A stretch of DNA of 64,000 bases from an uncultured Clostridia bacterium (GCA_944387895.1 CALXGQ010000006.1:18123-82122), one strand, 5' to 3'; shown: positions 19,059-28,286, counted from the first letter of the stretch. Translations and numbers: made by a program. The notes: generated by a model from the letters alone, not told the origin.

Positions 19059-20279
19059 GCTTCTTTTGCGGATCCGCAGGAGAACCGGCAGGGCAAGGAG
19101 CGGGAAAAGGGCGCCGGCCAGAATGCCGGCCTTCATGCCCAGCTGTTCGGCGGACAGGTCGAGCCGCTCCGCCAGCCCGGCGGCTTTTTCGCTTGCGATG
19201 GCTGCGTCGGTGATGATCCCGGTCAGCTGGGGGCCGATGGAGGCGCCCAGATCTCCGCCCGCCGCCATCAGGGCATAGATGAATACGCCGCCCTGGGGAA
19301 ACCGCTCCGAGGCAACGATCAAATTGCCGGGCCAGAGCATGGATACGCATAGCCCCGTCAGCGCGCAGGCCGCCAGCGCAACCACCGGGAGGCGCGCCAG
19401 CGCGGCGGTCAGGTAGCAGACGGTAGCGCCCGCCGAGCCCCAGAGGAGAATGCGGACGGGGTTTTTCCCGTATTTGGCATAGAGGGAGCGGCCAAGCCCC
19501 AGCATCACGGAAAAAAGGGCGACGCCGCAGAGATCTCCCCAGACCTTCGGGATATTCAGCGCCTGCTCCAGATAGCCGGAGCACCATTGCGCCATGGTAC
19601 ATTCGCTGGCGCCGCCCAAAAAGATCGCCGCCACGGAGAGCCAGATCCCCGGATTTTTCAGCAGGGAAAGGGCGCCCGCCGTCCGCTCCGGGGTTTTGAT
19701 CTGCGGAATTTCCGCGCCGGCAAAGAGCAGGGCGGAGCTCAGAGGGATCAGCAGAAAGAGCAGCGGCAGCCACGGCCAGTTTTCCGCGCCGAAAACCTGC
19801 AAAAAGAGGGTGCTGAAAACGGCGACCGCCACCACGCCCCAGGCATAAACGGAATGGAGCTTGCTCATCTCCCGATCCGGATCCCGGGCGGGGACGGCGG
19901 CGATCACCGGGCTGATCAATACTTCGCTCAGTCCGGCGGCGGCGGAAAAGACGATGGTTCCCGTCACCAGCCCGGCATAAACGGCCGTTGGAAAGATCAG
20001 GGGCCAAAGCGCGTAGATCAGCAGCCCGGTCAGCGCCAGAAGGGGCGTTACCTTTACGGTTTTTTCAATGTTGAAGCGGTGAGAGAAAAAGGAAAAAATC
20101 AGGTCGATGATCAGCTGCGTAAAAAAGTTGAGCAGAACCAGAAAGCCCAGCAGGGAATAGGAGATGCCATAGAGGGAACGAAAGGTCAGAAAGAGGATGG
20201 GGGGAAGGTTTCCCACCACCGACATGGTGATGTTGGTGGTATAGCAGGCATATTTCAGGCGGTTGTATTTCGGATCCAT
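19035..20279 (-). CDS. MFS transporter (12-TM type)
   Basis: Hydrophobic throughout and starts MDPKYNRLKYACYTTNITM. The start was moved to the ATG at 20279, which has GAGG upstream. Confidence 0.75.
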   Translation of the reverse strand: MDPKYNRLKYACYTTNITMSVVGNLPPILFLTFRSLYGISYSLLGFLVLLNFFTQLIIDLIFSFFSHRFNIEKTVKVTPLLALTGLLIYALWPLIFPTAVYAGLVTGTIVFSAAAGLSEVLISPVIAAVPARDPDREMSKLHSVYAWGVVAVAVFSTLFLQVFGAENWPWLPLLFLLIPLSSALLFAGAEIPQIKTPERTAGALSLLKNPGIWLSVAAIFLGGASECTMAQWCSGYLEQALNIPKVWGDLCGVALFSVMLGLGRSLYAKYGKNPVRILLWGSAGATVCYLTAALARLPVVALAACALTGLCVSMLWPGNLIVASERFPQGGVFIYALMAAGGDLGASIGPQLTGIITDAAIASEKAAGLAERLDLSAEQLGMKAGILAGALFPLLALPVLLRIRKRSEKESPRR

Positions 20280-20360
20280 GGCAAAACCTCGCAATAGAAT
20301 AGATGGAGCGATCCTCGGGGATCGCTCCATATTATAGCAAAAGAACAGGAAAACTGCAAC

Positions 20361-21395
20361 TCAAAAATGATAATCGGGCAGAACCGTCGTCAGGGTGTCG
20401 GCCGATTCCACGATCGCCAGGCAGGCGGCCACGGTTTTTGCCCCCTCCTCGGCGGTGGTGACAACGGGCTTGTCGTTGCGGACGATATCGCAAAATTCAT
20501 TGAACTCCCCGATGGTATTGTGGCTGGAGATGCTTACCGGGAGCAGCACCGGCGCGTTGATGGGGCGAACGCCGTCAAAAAGGCTGCCGCTCATGCTGTT
20601 TTTGAAAACCGTCATATGGGGGGAGGTGTTGTCGACGATGATGGTGCCTTCCGTTCCGTAGAGAACGGTGCGCATGGTATAAGCCCGCTTGCAGCCGATC
20701 GAAACGAAAACCTTGCCGATGACGTCGCCGGGGAACTGCATGATCGCAACGGTGGTGTCGTCGTAGTCCAGATGGGGGAAGGCCTTGCGGTTGGAATAGG
20801 CGGTAACGCGGCAGGGATCGCCGGCGATCCAGCGCAGCAGGTCAACGGCATGGCAGCCGCCTCCCACCACGCCGTTGCGGAGCGGATCGGCCCGCCAGGT
20901 GCCCGGCTCGATGATGCCGGTGTAGTCGTGGGCGTATTCACTTTCCACAAAGGTCAGCGCTCCGATTTCGCCGCGGGCGACCAGTTCCTTTGCCTTTTTG
21001 AAGGCTGGCGTATAGCGGCAGATCTGGCCGACCATAAATTTCCGGTCGCTGGCGCGGGCTGCCCGCACAATGGCGCACAGATCCTCCCGGGTCAGCGCCA
21101 GAGGCTTTTCGCAAAGAACGTGCTTTCCGGCCGCAAGAGCCGCCTCCGCCATTTCCCGGTGGAGCTGATCGGGGGTGACGATGACCACGCCGTCCAGTTC
21201 CCGGAGGGCCAGAAGTTCCCGGTAATCCTGAAAAACCGCGTCGACCCGAAATTTTTCGGCTGTTTTTTTGGCTTTTTCCAAATCGATGTCGCAGACAGCG
21301 GCCAGCCGGGCGTGGGGGTTCTTTTCAATGGCGATCATGTGGCTTTCGGCCATACCGCTGCAGGAGATGACGCCCATGTTCAAAATACGGTTCAT
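20361..21395 (-). CDS. Gfo/Idh/MocA family NAD(P)-dependent oxidoreductase
   Basis: MNRILNMGVISCSGMAESH... Rossmann N-terminus and EKPLA motif. AAGGAG RBS upstream of the ATG at 21395. Confidence 0.85.
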   Translation of the reverse strand: MNRILNMGVISCSGMAESHMIAIEKNPHARLAAVCDIDLEKAKKTAEKFRVDAVFQDYRELLALRELDGVVIVTPDQLHREMAEAALAAGKHVLCEKPLALTREDLCAIVRAARASDRKFMVGQICRYTPAFKKAKELVARGEIGALTFVESEYAHDYTGIIEPGTWRADPLRNGVVGGGCHAVDLLRWIAGDPCRVTAYSNRKAFPHLDYDDTTVAIMQFPGDVIGKVFVSIGCKRAYTMRTVLYGTEGTIIVDNTSPHMTVFKNSMSGSLFDGVRPINAPVLLPVSISSHNTIGEFNEFCDIVRNDKPVVTTAEEGAKTVAACLAIVESADTLTTVLPDYHF

Positions 21396-21963
21396 AACAG
21401 CAGCTCCTTTTCTCGTTTTTTTATAGTATAAAAGATTCTGAAATGAAAGTAAATGCAGAAAAGGATAAAGAATATTTGATTTTTGTCCTGATCGCTGCAT
21501 TCAGCTCCTGACTGATGACCGTCGCTTTGCCTTTCCCCTCCGCGCCGCCCTGCCCCCGCGCCTGCTATTCTACTCCCTGCACCCCGCCGCACCGCTGCTC
21601 CTGCTGGTGCTTCCCACCGTCCCCGCCCCGCAGCACTCAGCACCTCCGCCCGCCGTCCGGCCGCATTGCGCGTGATTTTCTTATCACCGCCCTCGCAGGG
21701 GGGCTGGGTTTCTCTCTCGCCTGATTTTGGCGCTTCCTCAAGGGCACTCGCCGTTCTTACCGACACGCACGCCTCGTCGGCACGCCCCTCGCCCGCCGCC
21801 TGCCGTTCTGCACCCTGCACCCCGCGCCGCGCCCCACGCCACATTCCCCCGGCCATACTGCGGCGTCTTTGGCGCCCCGCCCTGCCGCCTGCCGTGCTGC
21901 GAAGCGTCTGCTTTTTCTGCGCCGGAACGCCTCGGAGGATGCGAAAAAATATGAATTAGGGGG

Positions 21964-21992
21964 TTGATTTTACCAAAAAGTTGTGGTACAAT
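21964..21992 (+). promoter_or_regulatory. Sigma-A promoter for tRNA-Arg (TTGATT-17-TACAAT with upstream TG)
   Basis: -35 at 21964-21969 and gTGgTACAAT ending at 21992. About 30 nt upstream of the tRNA. Confidence 0.6.
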
Positions 21993-22021
21993 ATATTCCG
22001 ACTTGTAAAAGAAAGGCCTGT

Positions 22022-22098
<77 letters not shown>

Positions 22099-22106
22099 TG
22101 GAAAAA

Positions 22107-22149
22107 ACGGCTGAAACCCTGTATGGATACGGGTTTCAGCCGTTTTTTG
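22107..22149 (+). terminator. Rho-independent terminator after tRNA-Arg
   Basis: Stem ACGGCTGAAACCC / GGGTTTCAGCCGT followed by TTTTTG. Confidence 0.8.
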
Positions 22150-22335
22150 TTGTTTTGGGGCGGAGAAAAGGATGAAATGCGTTGAAAACCGCGCTCATTT
22201 TGCGGGATTCATTCGTTTCTGTTGTTGTTTTTTTGGGGGGAAGGGGGCAAAATGCGTTGAAAACAGATCCCTTTGCGCTGTTTTTTTGCTTTTTTTATAC
22301 TTGCCGCAGTCGTTTCCGAATCAACCCGCCGCCGG

Positions 22336-23598
22336 TCAGGGCTGGATCCGGGGCGCTTTTTCCAGCAGCAGCTTTTCCGCCGCCGGGGACCATCGGCCGC
22401 CATTGGCCGCCACCAGCTCCGCCAGCTCCCGATAGAGGGGATCGGTCTGCCCCAGCTTCGGCAGATCCTCCAGGGCGATGCAGGGGATATCCAGCGCGTT
22501 ATAGCAGACCTTTTTGGCGCCGTCGGGGGTTTTCATGGCAAAGATGGCGTCGGGAACCGCGCGGAGCCCCATGATATGAGAGATCATGCCGGAGGGATCC
22601 AGCTGACCCTCCTCGATCAGGCGGATCACGTCCCGGGTGTCCTCCGGAATGGAGCCGGCGGTGCCCAGCAGATGGATGCCGTCGTAGTGCACCCGGTAAA
22701 GATTGAGGGATCCGGGCATATCATGAACGGCCGGCCCGGCAAAGAAATTGAGGCAGCCGTCCTCCCGCAGCAGCTCCTCCGCCTGCGCGACCAGGGCGGG
22801 GACGGGCACCATCACAAAGGCGTCGTCGAAGCCCTCGCCGCCGGTCAGGGCGCGCAGCGCCTCGACGGGGTTTTCCATGCCGGAGGTGTTGACAAAATAC
22901 ACCTCCGCGCCTTTTTCGGCGGCGCGGTCCGGCGGGCAGACCCGGGCGGCGTAATCCAGCCGTTGCTGATTCAGATCCGTCACCACAACTTTGGCGCATC
23001 CGGCATAGGATACCGCAAGCTCAGCCGCCGCCAGCCCCATGGGTCCGGCGCCGCCGAGAATGATGCAGTTCCCGCCCTTCCGGCAGCCGTCGGTGCGGGT
23101 GTAGCTGGTATAATCGGTGTGATACATCCCCTTGAAGGCCCGCAGAACGCAGCCGATGGCTTCCACCAGCGAGCCTTTATAGTAGCCCTCGCCCTCAAAG
23201 GGAACCAGGCAGCCCTTTTCCAGCACGATCCGCGGCACGACCGCGTAGAGGGTGTTGCCCCCGATATGGGGGAAGGAATAGCCCGGATCGTGGCCGTCGG
23301 GGGTTTTGAGGGCGGGCTGGATCACCACCTTCTGCCCCACTTTCCAGGTTCCGGCCAGAGCGGATCCTACCTGAACCAGCTCACCGCACATCTCGTGCCC
23401 CACGATGACGGGATTCTCTCCAACGTCCTCCGGGACGCGCTTGTGGCGGGGACCCTGCAGGACCGCTTTATAGGTAGAGGCGCAGACGGTATCGGAAACG
23501 ACCCGCATCAGGCATTCCTCCGGGCCGATTTCCGGCAGATCAAAGCTTTCAATCCTCAAATCGTTTGCTCCATAGAGGCGAACTGCGGTGGTTTTCAT
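22336..23598 (-). CDS. Zinc-type medium-chain dehydrogenase/reductase (sorbose-1-phosphate-reductase-like, long C-terminus)
   Basis: MKTTAVRLYG...VCASTYKAV...VIVGHEMCGELV (Zn ligand region) and GGAGPMG Rossmann motif. AAGGAGG RBS upstream of the ATG at 23598. Confidence 0.8.
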   Translation of the reverse strand: MKTTAVRLYGANDLRIESFDLPEIGPEECLMRVVSDTVCASTYKAVLQGPRHKRVPEDVGENPVIVGHEMCGELVQVGSALAGTWKVGQKVVIQPALKTPDGHDPGYSFPHIGGNTLYAVVPRIVLEKGCLVPFEGEGYYKGSLVEAIGCVLRAFKGMYHTDYTSYTRTDGCRKGGNCIILGGAGPMGLAAAELAVSYAGCAKVVVTDLNQQRLDYAARVCPPDRAAEKGAEVYFVNTSGMENPVEALRALTGGEGFDDAFVMVPVPALVAQAEELLREDGCLNFFAGPAVHDMPGSLNLYRVHYDGIHLLGTAGSIPEDTRDVIRLIEEGQLDPSGMISHIMGLRAVPDAIFAMKTPDGAKKVCYNALDIPCIALEDLPKLGQTDPLYRELAELVAANGGRWSPAAEKLLLEKAPRIQP

Positions 23599-23738
23599 GA
23601 AAAATCCTCCTTGCATCTATTTGATTCTTATGCTACAATCATAGCAAAGTGATCAAAAATAGTCAATAAACGGCGCTTATTTTGAAGAAAGATCAAAAAA
23701 GTGCTTAAAATAAATCAAAGTTAATCAGGGTGAATCAT

Positions 23739-24434
23739 ATGTTGATAGCAGAACGGCAGCAAAAGATTTTACAGATGGTGGAGCGCAGCGGAGGCGTCAC
23801 GGTGGAGGAGCTGGTGCGGGCGTTATATGCCAGCGCGCCGACGATCCGGCGGGATCTGACGGCGATGGAAAAGAACGGACTGTTAAAGAAGGTATACGGC
23901 GGCGCCATTCCCCTCACCGCGGCGAATCGGGAGATCCCGCTGACCATCCGCGCCCAGAGCCAGAGCAGCGCAAAGGAGCGGATGGCGGAGCGGGCGGCGG
24001 CCTATGTGAAGGAGGGGATGGTCGTCCTGCTGGACGGTTCCTCCAGCGTCAACCGGATGGTGCGGTATCTGGAGGGGATCAAGGGTCTGCTGGTGGTAAC
24101 AAGCGGCGCCAAGACGGCGGTGGAGCTGGCGGAGCATAATATCACCACACTTTGCACCGGCGGGCAGCTGCTGAACCATTCCCTTTCGTATGTGGGGCAT
24201 CATGCGGAAGAATTTGTGCGGAACATCAATGCGGATCTGCTCTTTTTTTCCTGCCATGGGCTCAATGAGGAGGGGCTGGTAACGGATCTGGCGATGGAGG
24301 AGGTGCATCTCCGGCAGGTGATGCTGAGCAGGGCGAAAAGGAAGATCCTGCTCTGCGACCGCAGCAAATATGGGAGAACCTATTTTTATACCCTTTGCCG
24401 CCGGGAGGATGTGGACGAAGTGATAACGGAATAA
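23739..24434 (+). CDS. DeoR-family transcriptional regulator
   Basis: N-terminal HTH (RQQKILQMVERSGGVTVEELVRALYASAPTIRRDL) and a DeoR C-terminal sugar-phosphate sensor domain. Divergent from the dehydrogenase gene. Confidence 0.85.
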   Translation: MLIAERQQKILQMVERSGGVTVEELVRALYASAPTIRRDLTAMEKNGLLKKVYGGAIPLTAANREIPLTIRAQSQSSAKERMAERAAAYVKEGMVVLLDGSSSVNRMVRYLEGIKGLLVVTSGAKTAVELAEHNITTLCTGGQLLNHSLSYVGHHAEEFVRNINADLLFFSCHGLNEEGLVTDLAMEEVHLRQVMLSRAKRKILLCDRSKYGRTYFYTLCRREDVDEVITE

Positions 24435-24436
24435 CC

Positions 24437-24470
24437 AAAAGGGCGCGGAGCAGGCTCCGCGCCCTTTTTT
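24437..24470. terminator. Bidirectional terminator between convergent genes
   Basis: Stem GGGCGCGGAG / CTCCGCGCCC flanked by AAAA and TTTTTT. Confidence 0.75.
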
Positions 24471-24480
24471 ACGGGTCGGG

Positions 24481-25671
24481 TCAGCGGGGAGCGTTGTTTC
24501 GCCCGCCGCCGGGGTTCATGCCGCCGGGGTTCATACCGCCCGGGTTCATGCCGCCGCTGATCAGGATTCGGCTGGCTTCCAGCCCTTCATAGCTTTGGGT
24601 GATGCGGAGCTCCCCGCCGGTTATCGCAAGCTCGGTGTCGGCATGGATCCCGTCGTCGCCGGAAGAGAGGGTCAGGGCGCCGCCGGTGATTTGAACGGTG
24701 TCGTTGGAATGGATGCAGTCGTCCCTGGAATCGATCTCGGTGCTGCCGCCGGTAAAGAGCAGGGTGGAGCCTGCCTTCAGACCCTTATAGGATTCTTCGG
24801 AGGAGCTCAGCCCGCCGCTTCCGCTGCCGCCTCCGGCGGTGATCGCAAGGGCGGCGTCCTCCGCCAGCAGAGCGGTTTCGGCCTGGATTCCGTCGTTCCC
24901 GGCGGTGATGGTCAGGCTGCCGCCTTTCGCGTAGACAAAGCCGCGCTCGGCGTCCTCGGTATTGTCCGACCGGATCCCATCGCTTCCCGCCTGGATCGTG
25001 ATGCTGCTTTCGTTGATTTTTACGCAGTCCTTGCCGTTCAGCCCCACCTTTTCGGCGGTGACGTTCAGAACGCCTCCGGCGATCACCAGATCGTCCTTGG
25101 AAACGATGCCGTGCTTATAATTGCCGGTAATGTTCAGCGTTCCCGCTCCGTTTACGGTCAGATCCGCCTTGCTGAAAAGGGCGGCGTCCAGGGTGGTATC
25201 GCCGTCGGTCAGGGTATAGGAGCTGCCGTCGGAAAGGGTGTTGACGGATCCCTCCGCCAGCGTGAGAAGCACCTTGTCGGCCGATTGGATATAGATCGCG
25301 GGGCCGTCCGCGTACTGCAGGTCGGCGTTGTCCAGCACCAGCTGGACCTTGTCGTTTTCCCCGGCGGCAATAACGAGGGTTTCCGTTCTGCTGCCGGTAA
25401 GAAGATAGGTGCCGGCGGCGGTGATTTTTCCGTCTGCGGAAACGGCGGCGGCCGTCCCTGCGTCGTAGATGCCGCTCAGGTCACGGTCGGAAAAGGTGAA
25501 ATCCATTGCAGAAAGATCAACGCTTTCCGCTGTTTCTGTGCTCTCTGCCGTTTCTGAGCTTTCCGTTGCTTCTTCCCGGGGCTCGGAGGCGGAGCCCTGC
25601 CCCTCTGACCGGCTGCATCCGGCCAGCAGGAGGCAGAGGATCAGCATCCAGCCGATGGCTTTATATTTCAT
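24481..25671 (-). CDS. Lipoprotein of the Cthe_2159-like beta-helix carbohydrate-binding family, with a C-terminal (GGMNP)x3 tail
   Basis: Signal peptide plus lipobox (LLLAGCS). Repetitive beta-helix rungs (LTLAEGSVNTLSDG, LTVNGAGTLNITGNYKHGIVSKDDLVIAGG, ITAGNDGIQA...). AAGGAG RBS upstream of the ATG at 25671. Confidence 0.65.
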   Translation of the reverse strand: MKYKAIGWMLILCLLLAGCSRSEGQGSASEPREEATESSETAESTETAESVDLSAMDFTFSDRDLSGIYDAGTAAAVSADGKITAAGTYLLTGSRTETLVIAAGENDKVQLVLDNADLQYADGPAIYIQSADKVLLTLAEGSVNTLSDGSSYTLTDGDTTLDAALFSKADLTVNGAGTLNITGNYKHGIVSKDDLVIAGGVLNVTAEKVGLNGKDCVKINESSITIQAGSDGIRSDNTEDAERGFVYAKGGSLTITAGNDGIQAETALLAEDAALAITAGGGSGSGGLSSSEESYKGLKAGSTLLFTGGSTEIDSRDDCIHSNDTVQITGGALTLSSGDDGIHADTELAITGGELRITQSYEGLEASRILISGGMNPGGMNPGGMNPGGGRNNAPR

Positions 25672-25764
25672 GGCGATCACTCCTTTGCGGTGTTGAAGAT
25701 AGTATAACCGACGGATTTGTTGAAAATGTGAGTAATGCGCGAACAAAGCTTTAAAAAGGCGGCG

Positions 25765-25806
25765 GCGGAAAAGCCGGAACCCTCCGGCGGCGCCGGAGGG
25801 TTCCGA
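25765..25806 (-). terminator. Terminator after the exonuclease gene
   Basis: Stem GGAACCCTCCGG / CCGGAGGGTTCC. On the minus strand it is followed by GGCTTTTCC. Confidence 0.55.
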
Positions 25807-25820
25807 ATAAACAAGCCGTT

Positions 25821-26660
25821 TCAGACAAAACGGACGGTTCTTTTAATATAATATGCTTTTTTCTGGGTCTGCATGATTTTCAATCGGACCGAAAGGAGAC
25901 CGTGGCGGGTTTGCAGCTCCGCCGCCTGATTTTTTTCATCGATCTCGGTAAAATGCCGCACCTTCAGGGTCTTACCGCAGATGGGGCAGGAAAGCTTTTT
26001 CAGCCGGTGGTCGGCCAGCGCCCTTTCCCTGCTGCGGAAGTTGGGAAAGGTTTCCTTAACGCCGTGCATACTGTACCAGAGGATGCCGTTCAGCTCCGGG
26101 TAATTGCGGATCCCTTCCCGAAGATCCAGGCATTTGGCGACCCGGGCGGTATAAATGGCGTCGTTGAAGGCGTTATGCGCCTGAAGGGTGGGAACGATAT
26201 CCAGCATTTCCATGGCGTGCTCCAGAGAGAACTGCCGGTTCTCATGGGCGATCTGGTGGTTGAAGATTCCCTGCAGGTTGAGGCAGGGCGGGAGCCAATC
26301 CTCCTCCAGATCGTGCATCAGCAGATTGTCCCGAAGGATTTGCAGATCGTCGTAGCCCCAGGAGAGCATCAGGCAGTCCGCGCCGCACCACTCCCGGAAC
26401 TCGGCAATGGCTTCCTTGAATTTTTTCTGATCCTTCAGCATTTTGGGATCCAGCCCCGTCATTTTTCTGATGCGGTGATGCAGCTTGCGGTAAAAGGTCG
26501 GGGCGACCAGCAGGTTGATGCAGTCGATGGCCTGGGCCTTTTCGTTGAGCTTGATGGCGCCGATCTGAATGATCTCGCCGGTCAGATAGATGGGGGACTG
26601 AATGGCCGATTCCTTGGAGTAGGGCTGATTCCACTCCATATCGAAAACAATGTAGTTCAT
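25821..26660 (-). CDS. DEDDh 3'-5' exonuclease domain protein with a roughly 100-aa C-terminal extension (CPICG motif)
   Basis: Exo motifs are FDMEWN (I), SWGYDD (II) and HNAFNDA (III). It begins 1 nt after the upstream MgtC gene. Confidence 0.8.
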   Translation of the reverse strand: MNYIVFDMEWNQPYSKESAIQSPIYLTGEIIQIGAIKLNEKAQAIDCINLLVAPTFYRKLHHRIRKMTGLDPKMLKDQKKFKEAIAEFREWCGADCLMLSWGYDDLQILRDNLLMHDLEEDWLPPCLNLQGIFNHQIAHENRQFSLEHAMEMLDIVPTLQAHNAFNDAIYTARVAKCLDLREGIRNYPELNGILWYSMHGVKETFPNFRSRERALADHRLKKLSCPICGKTLKVRHFTEIDEKNQAAELQTRHGLLSVRLKIMQTQKKAYYIKRTVRFV

Positions 26661-26661
26661 A

Positions 26662-27381
26662 TCAGATGCTCAGGGATTTGATTTCAGGATGCTCATCCAT
26701 GAACGCAAGAACCTCTTTGAAGGAGATGGAGGATTTCAGGCGCACCTGAAGCACCAGATTGATGGTATTGTCGCTGCAGGCGGTGATGCGGGAGCTGGTG
26801 ATGGTAATGCCCAGCTCCTTTTGCTTATCCCTGAGCACCTGGCGGATTTCCGGAGTGTCGACCATCGTGATGCGGATCTCGCTATTGGAAAAGGCGTCGT
26901 AGCCCACGTTGAATTTATGCATCAGCAGCTGGATCAGCAGGATCAGCAGAGTCGCGAAAATCGCGATGGCATACATCCCTGCGCCGCAGGCCAGCCCCAC
27001 GCCGGCGGTGGCCCAGATGCCAGCCGCGGTCGTCAGACCCTTAACGGTGCTGCCGTTTTTGAAGATCACGCCGGCGCCCAGGAAGGAGATGCCGCTGACG
27101 ACCTGGGCGGCGATCCGGGAGGGATCCACGCCGCGGGTGCCGGCCAGCGTCATGCCGGAAGCGTCCACCAAATCGGAAAAACCGTATTTTGAGATGACCA
27201 TGATCAGGGCGGAGGCGCAGGCGATGATGCAGTGGGTGCGGATCCCGGCCTCCTTGGAGCGTTTGGTGCGTTCCAGGCCGATCACGGCGCCGCAGAAGGC
27301 GGCCACGACGATGCGCAGAAAATAGGACAACAGATGCTGGGCGGTAAAGAACTCTACAAGAGTGTCAAAAAAGGCTGCCAT
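26662..27381 (-). CDS. MgtC/SapB family membrane protein
   Basis: RIVVAAFCGAVIGLERTKRSKEAGIRTH... and GISFLGAGVIF motifs, with a C-terminal ACT-like domain. Confidence 0.85.
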   Translation of the reverse strand: MAAFFDTLVEFFTAQHLLSYFLRIVVAAFCGAVIGLERTKRSKEAGIRTHCIIACASALIMVISKYGFSDLVDASGMTLAGTRGVDPSRIAAQVVSGISFLGAGVIFKNGSTVKGLTTAAGIWATAGVGLACGAGMYAIAIFATLLILLIQLLMHKFNVGYDAFSNSEIRITMVDTPEIRQVLRDKQKELGITITSSRITACSDNTINLVLQVRLKSSISFKEVLAFMDEHPEIKSLSI

Positions 27382-27408
27382 TTTTGGAAAAAACTCCTTT
27401 CTACTGGG

Positions 27409-28080
27409 TTAAATGGAAATATCATGGATATCCGGATTCTGATCGATGAGGCGGAGGGTATCCTCAAAGGTGATGGGCTTTTCCGCGCGGATCTGGAGGA
27501 TCAGCGTGATGGTTTTCTCATCGGATTTCCGGTTGATGCGGGAAGAGAGGATCTGGATATTGCGGGCCTGCTTTTCCCGGCTTAGCACGTCCCAGGGCCG
27601 GGGGGAGTTGCGCATGGTGATCTGCAGCTCCTGAGGCAGCAGGGCGGATCCGCCGATATTGAGGCGATTCATGGTCAGATGCAGTGCCAGCGTCAGCAGG
27701 GTGCAGAGGATTGCCATCGCCCTCATGCCGGCGCCGCAGGCCATGCCGATCGCGGTGGTGGCCCAGATGCCGGCGGTGGTGGTCAGACCGGTGGTGACGG
27801 AATTTTTCGTGCGGAAAATGATGCCGGCGCCCAGGAAGTTGATACCCATGACGATCTGGCAGGCGATCATGGTGGGATCCGCTCCGCCCTGATTCTGGAA
27901 GAAGGCGTATTTGGAGAGGATCATAAAAAGGGCGGAGGCCAGAGAAAGGATCATATGGGTGCGCACGCCGGCTTCCTTGCGCCGGAAGCTGCGTTCCAGG
28001 CCGATGGCGCCCCCGCAGGCGGCGGCCAGAAGCAGCCGCAGCAGATAATCGAGCGTCGGCGACGCCAGAAATTCGCTCAA
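27409..28080 (-). CDS. MgtC/SapB family membrane protein (tandem paralog)
   Basis: LLLAAACGGAIGLERSFRRKEAGVRTH and GINFLGAGIIF motifs. The start is placed at the TTG at 28080, 8 nt after AAGGAGG. The track start at 28143 has no RBS. Confidence 0.8.
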   Translation of the reverse strand: MSEFLASPTLDYLLRLLLAAACGGAIGLERSFRRKEAGVRTHMILSLASALFMILSKYAFFQNQGGADPTMIACQIVMGINFLGAGIIFRTKNSVTTGLTTTAGIWATTAIGMACGAGMRAMAILCTLLTLALHLTMNRLNIGGSALLPQELQITMRNSPRPWDVLSREKQARNIQILSSRINRKSDEKTITLILQIRAEKPITFEDTLRLIDQNPDIHDISI

Positions 28081-28157
28081 GGGACGCACCTCCTTTCCCC
28101 ATCGTCGCCTTTGGAAGATTTTGCCGCCGGGTTCGGCGGACAAATAGTTATTAAATA

Positions 28158-28186
28158 ATTATAGCATTATAAAATATACATTGCAA
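28158..28186 (-). promoter_or_regulatory. Putative sigma-A promoter for the mgtC-mgtC-exonuclease operon (TTGCAA-17-TATAAT)
   Basis: Minus-strand -35 at 28181-28186 and -10 at 28158-28163. Confidence 0.5.
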
Positions 28187-28257
28187 GACCAAAACAGGAG
28201 ATTTAGCTGTTTTTTTGATGATCGCGGAGCGGGTTTTCGGCAGTTTGAAAATAGGGC

Positions 28258-28286
28258 TTGCAAAAATAAAGCAATGCGCCTATAAT
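28258..28286 (+). promoter_or_regulatory. Putative sigma-A promoter for the MATE gene (TTGCAA-17-TATAAT)
   Basis: -35 at 28258-28263 and -10 at 28281-28286. It sits on top of the track ORF start (28292), which argues for the downstream start. Confidence 0.5.

Noticed and set aside
21392-21959. ORFs of 69-154 aa in the C-rich tract upstream of tRNA-Arg
   Set aside because: Several overlapping frames on both strands have P/A/R-rich products, no RBS and no motifs. They are compositional artefacts.
28081-28157. M-box (Mg2+) riboswitch in the MgtC operon leader
   Set aside because: The leader is only about 75 nt and has one short hairpin. That is far shorter than an M-box, and it lacks the M-box conserved segments.
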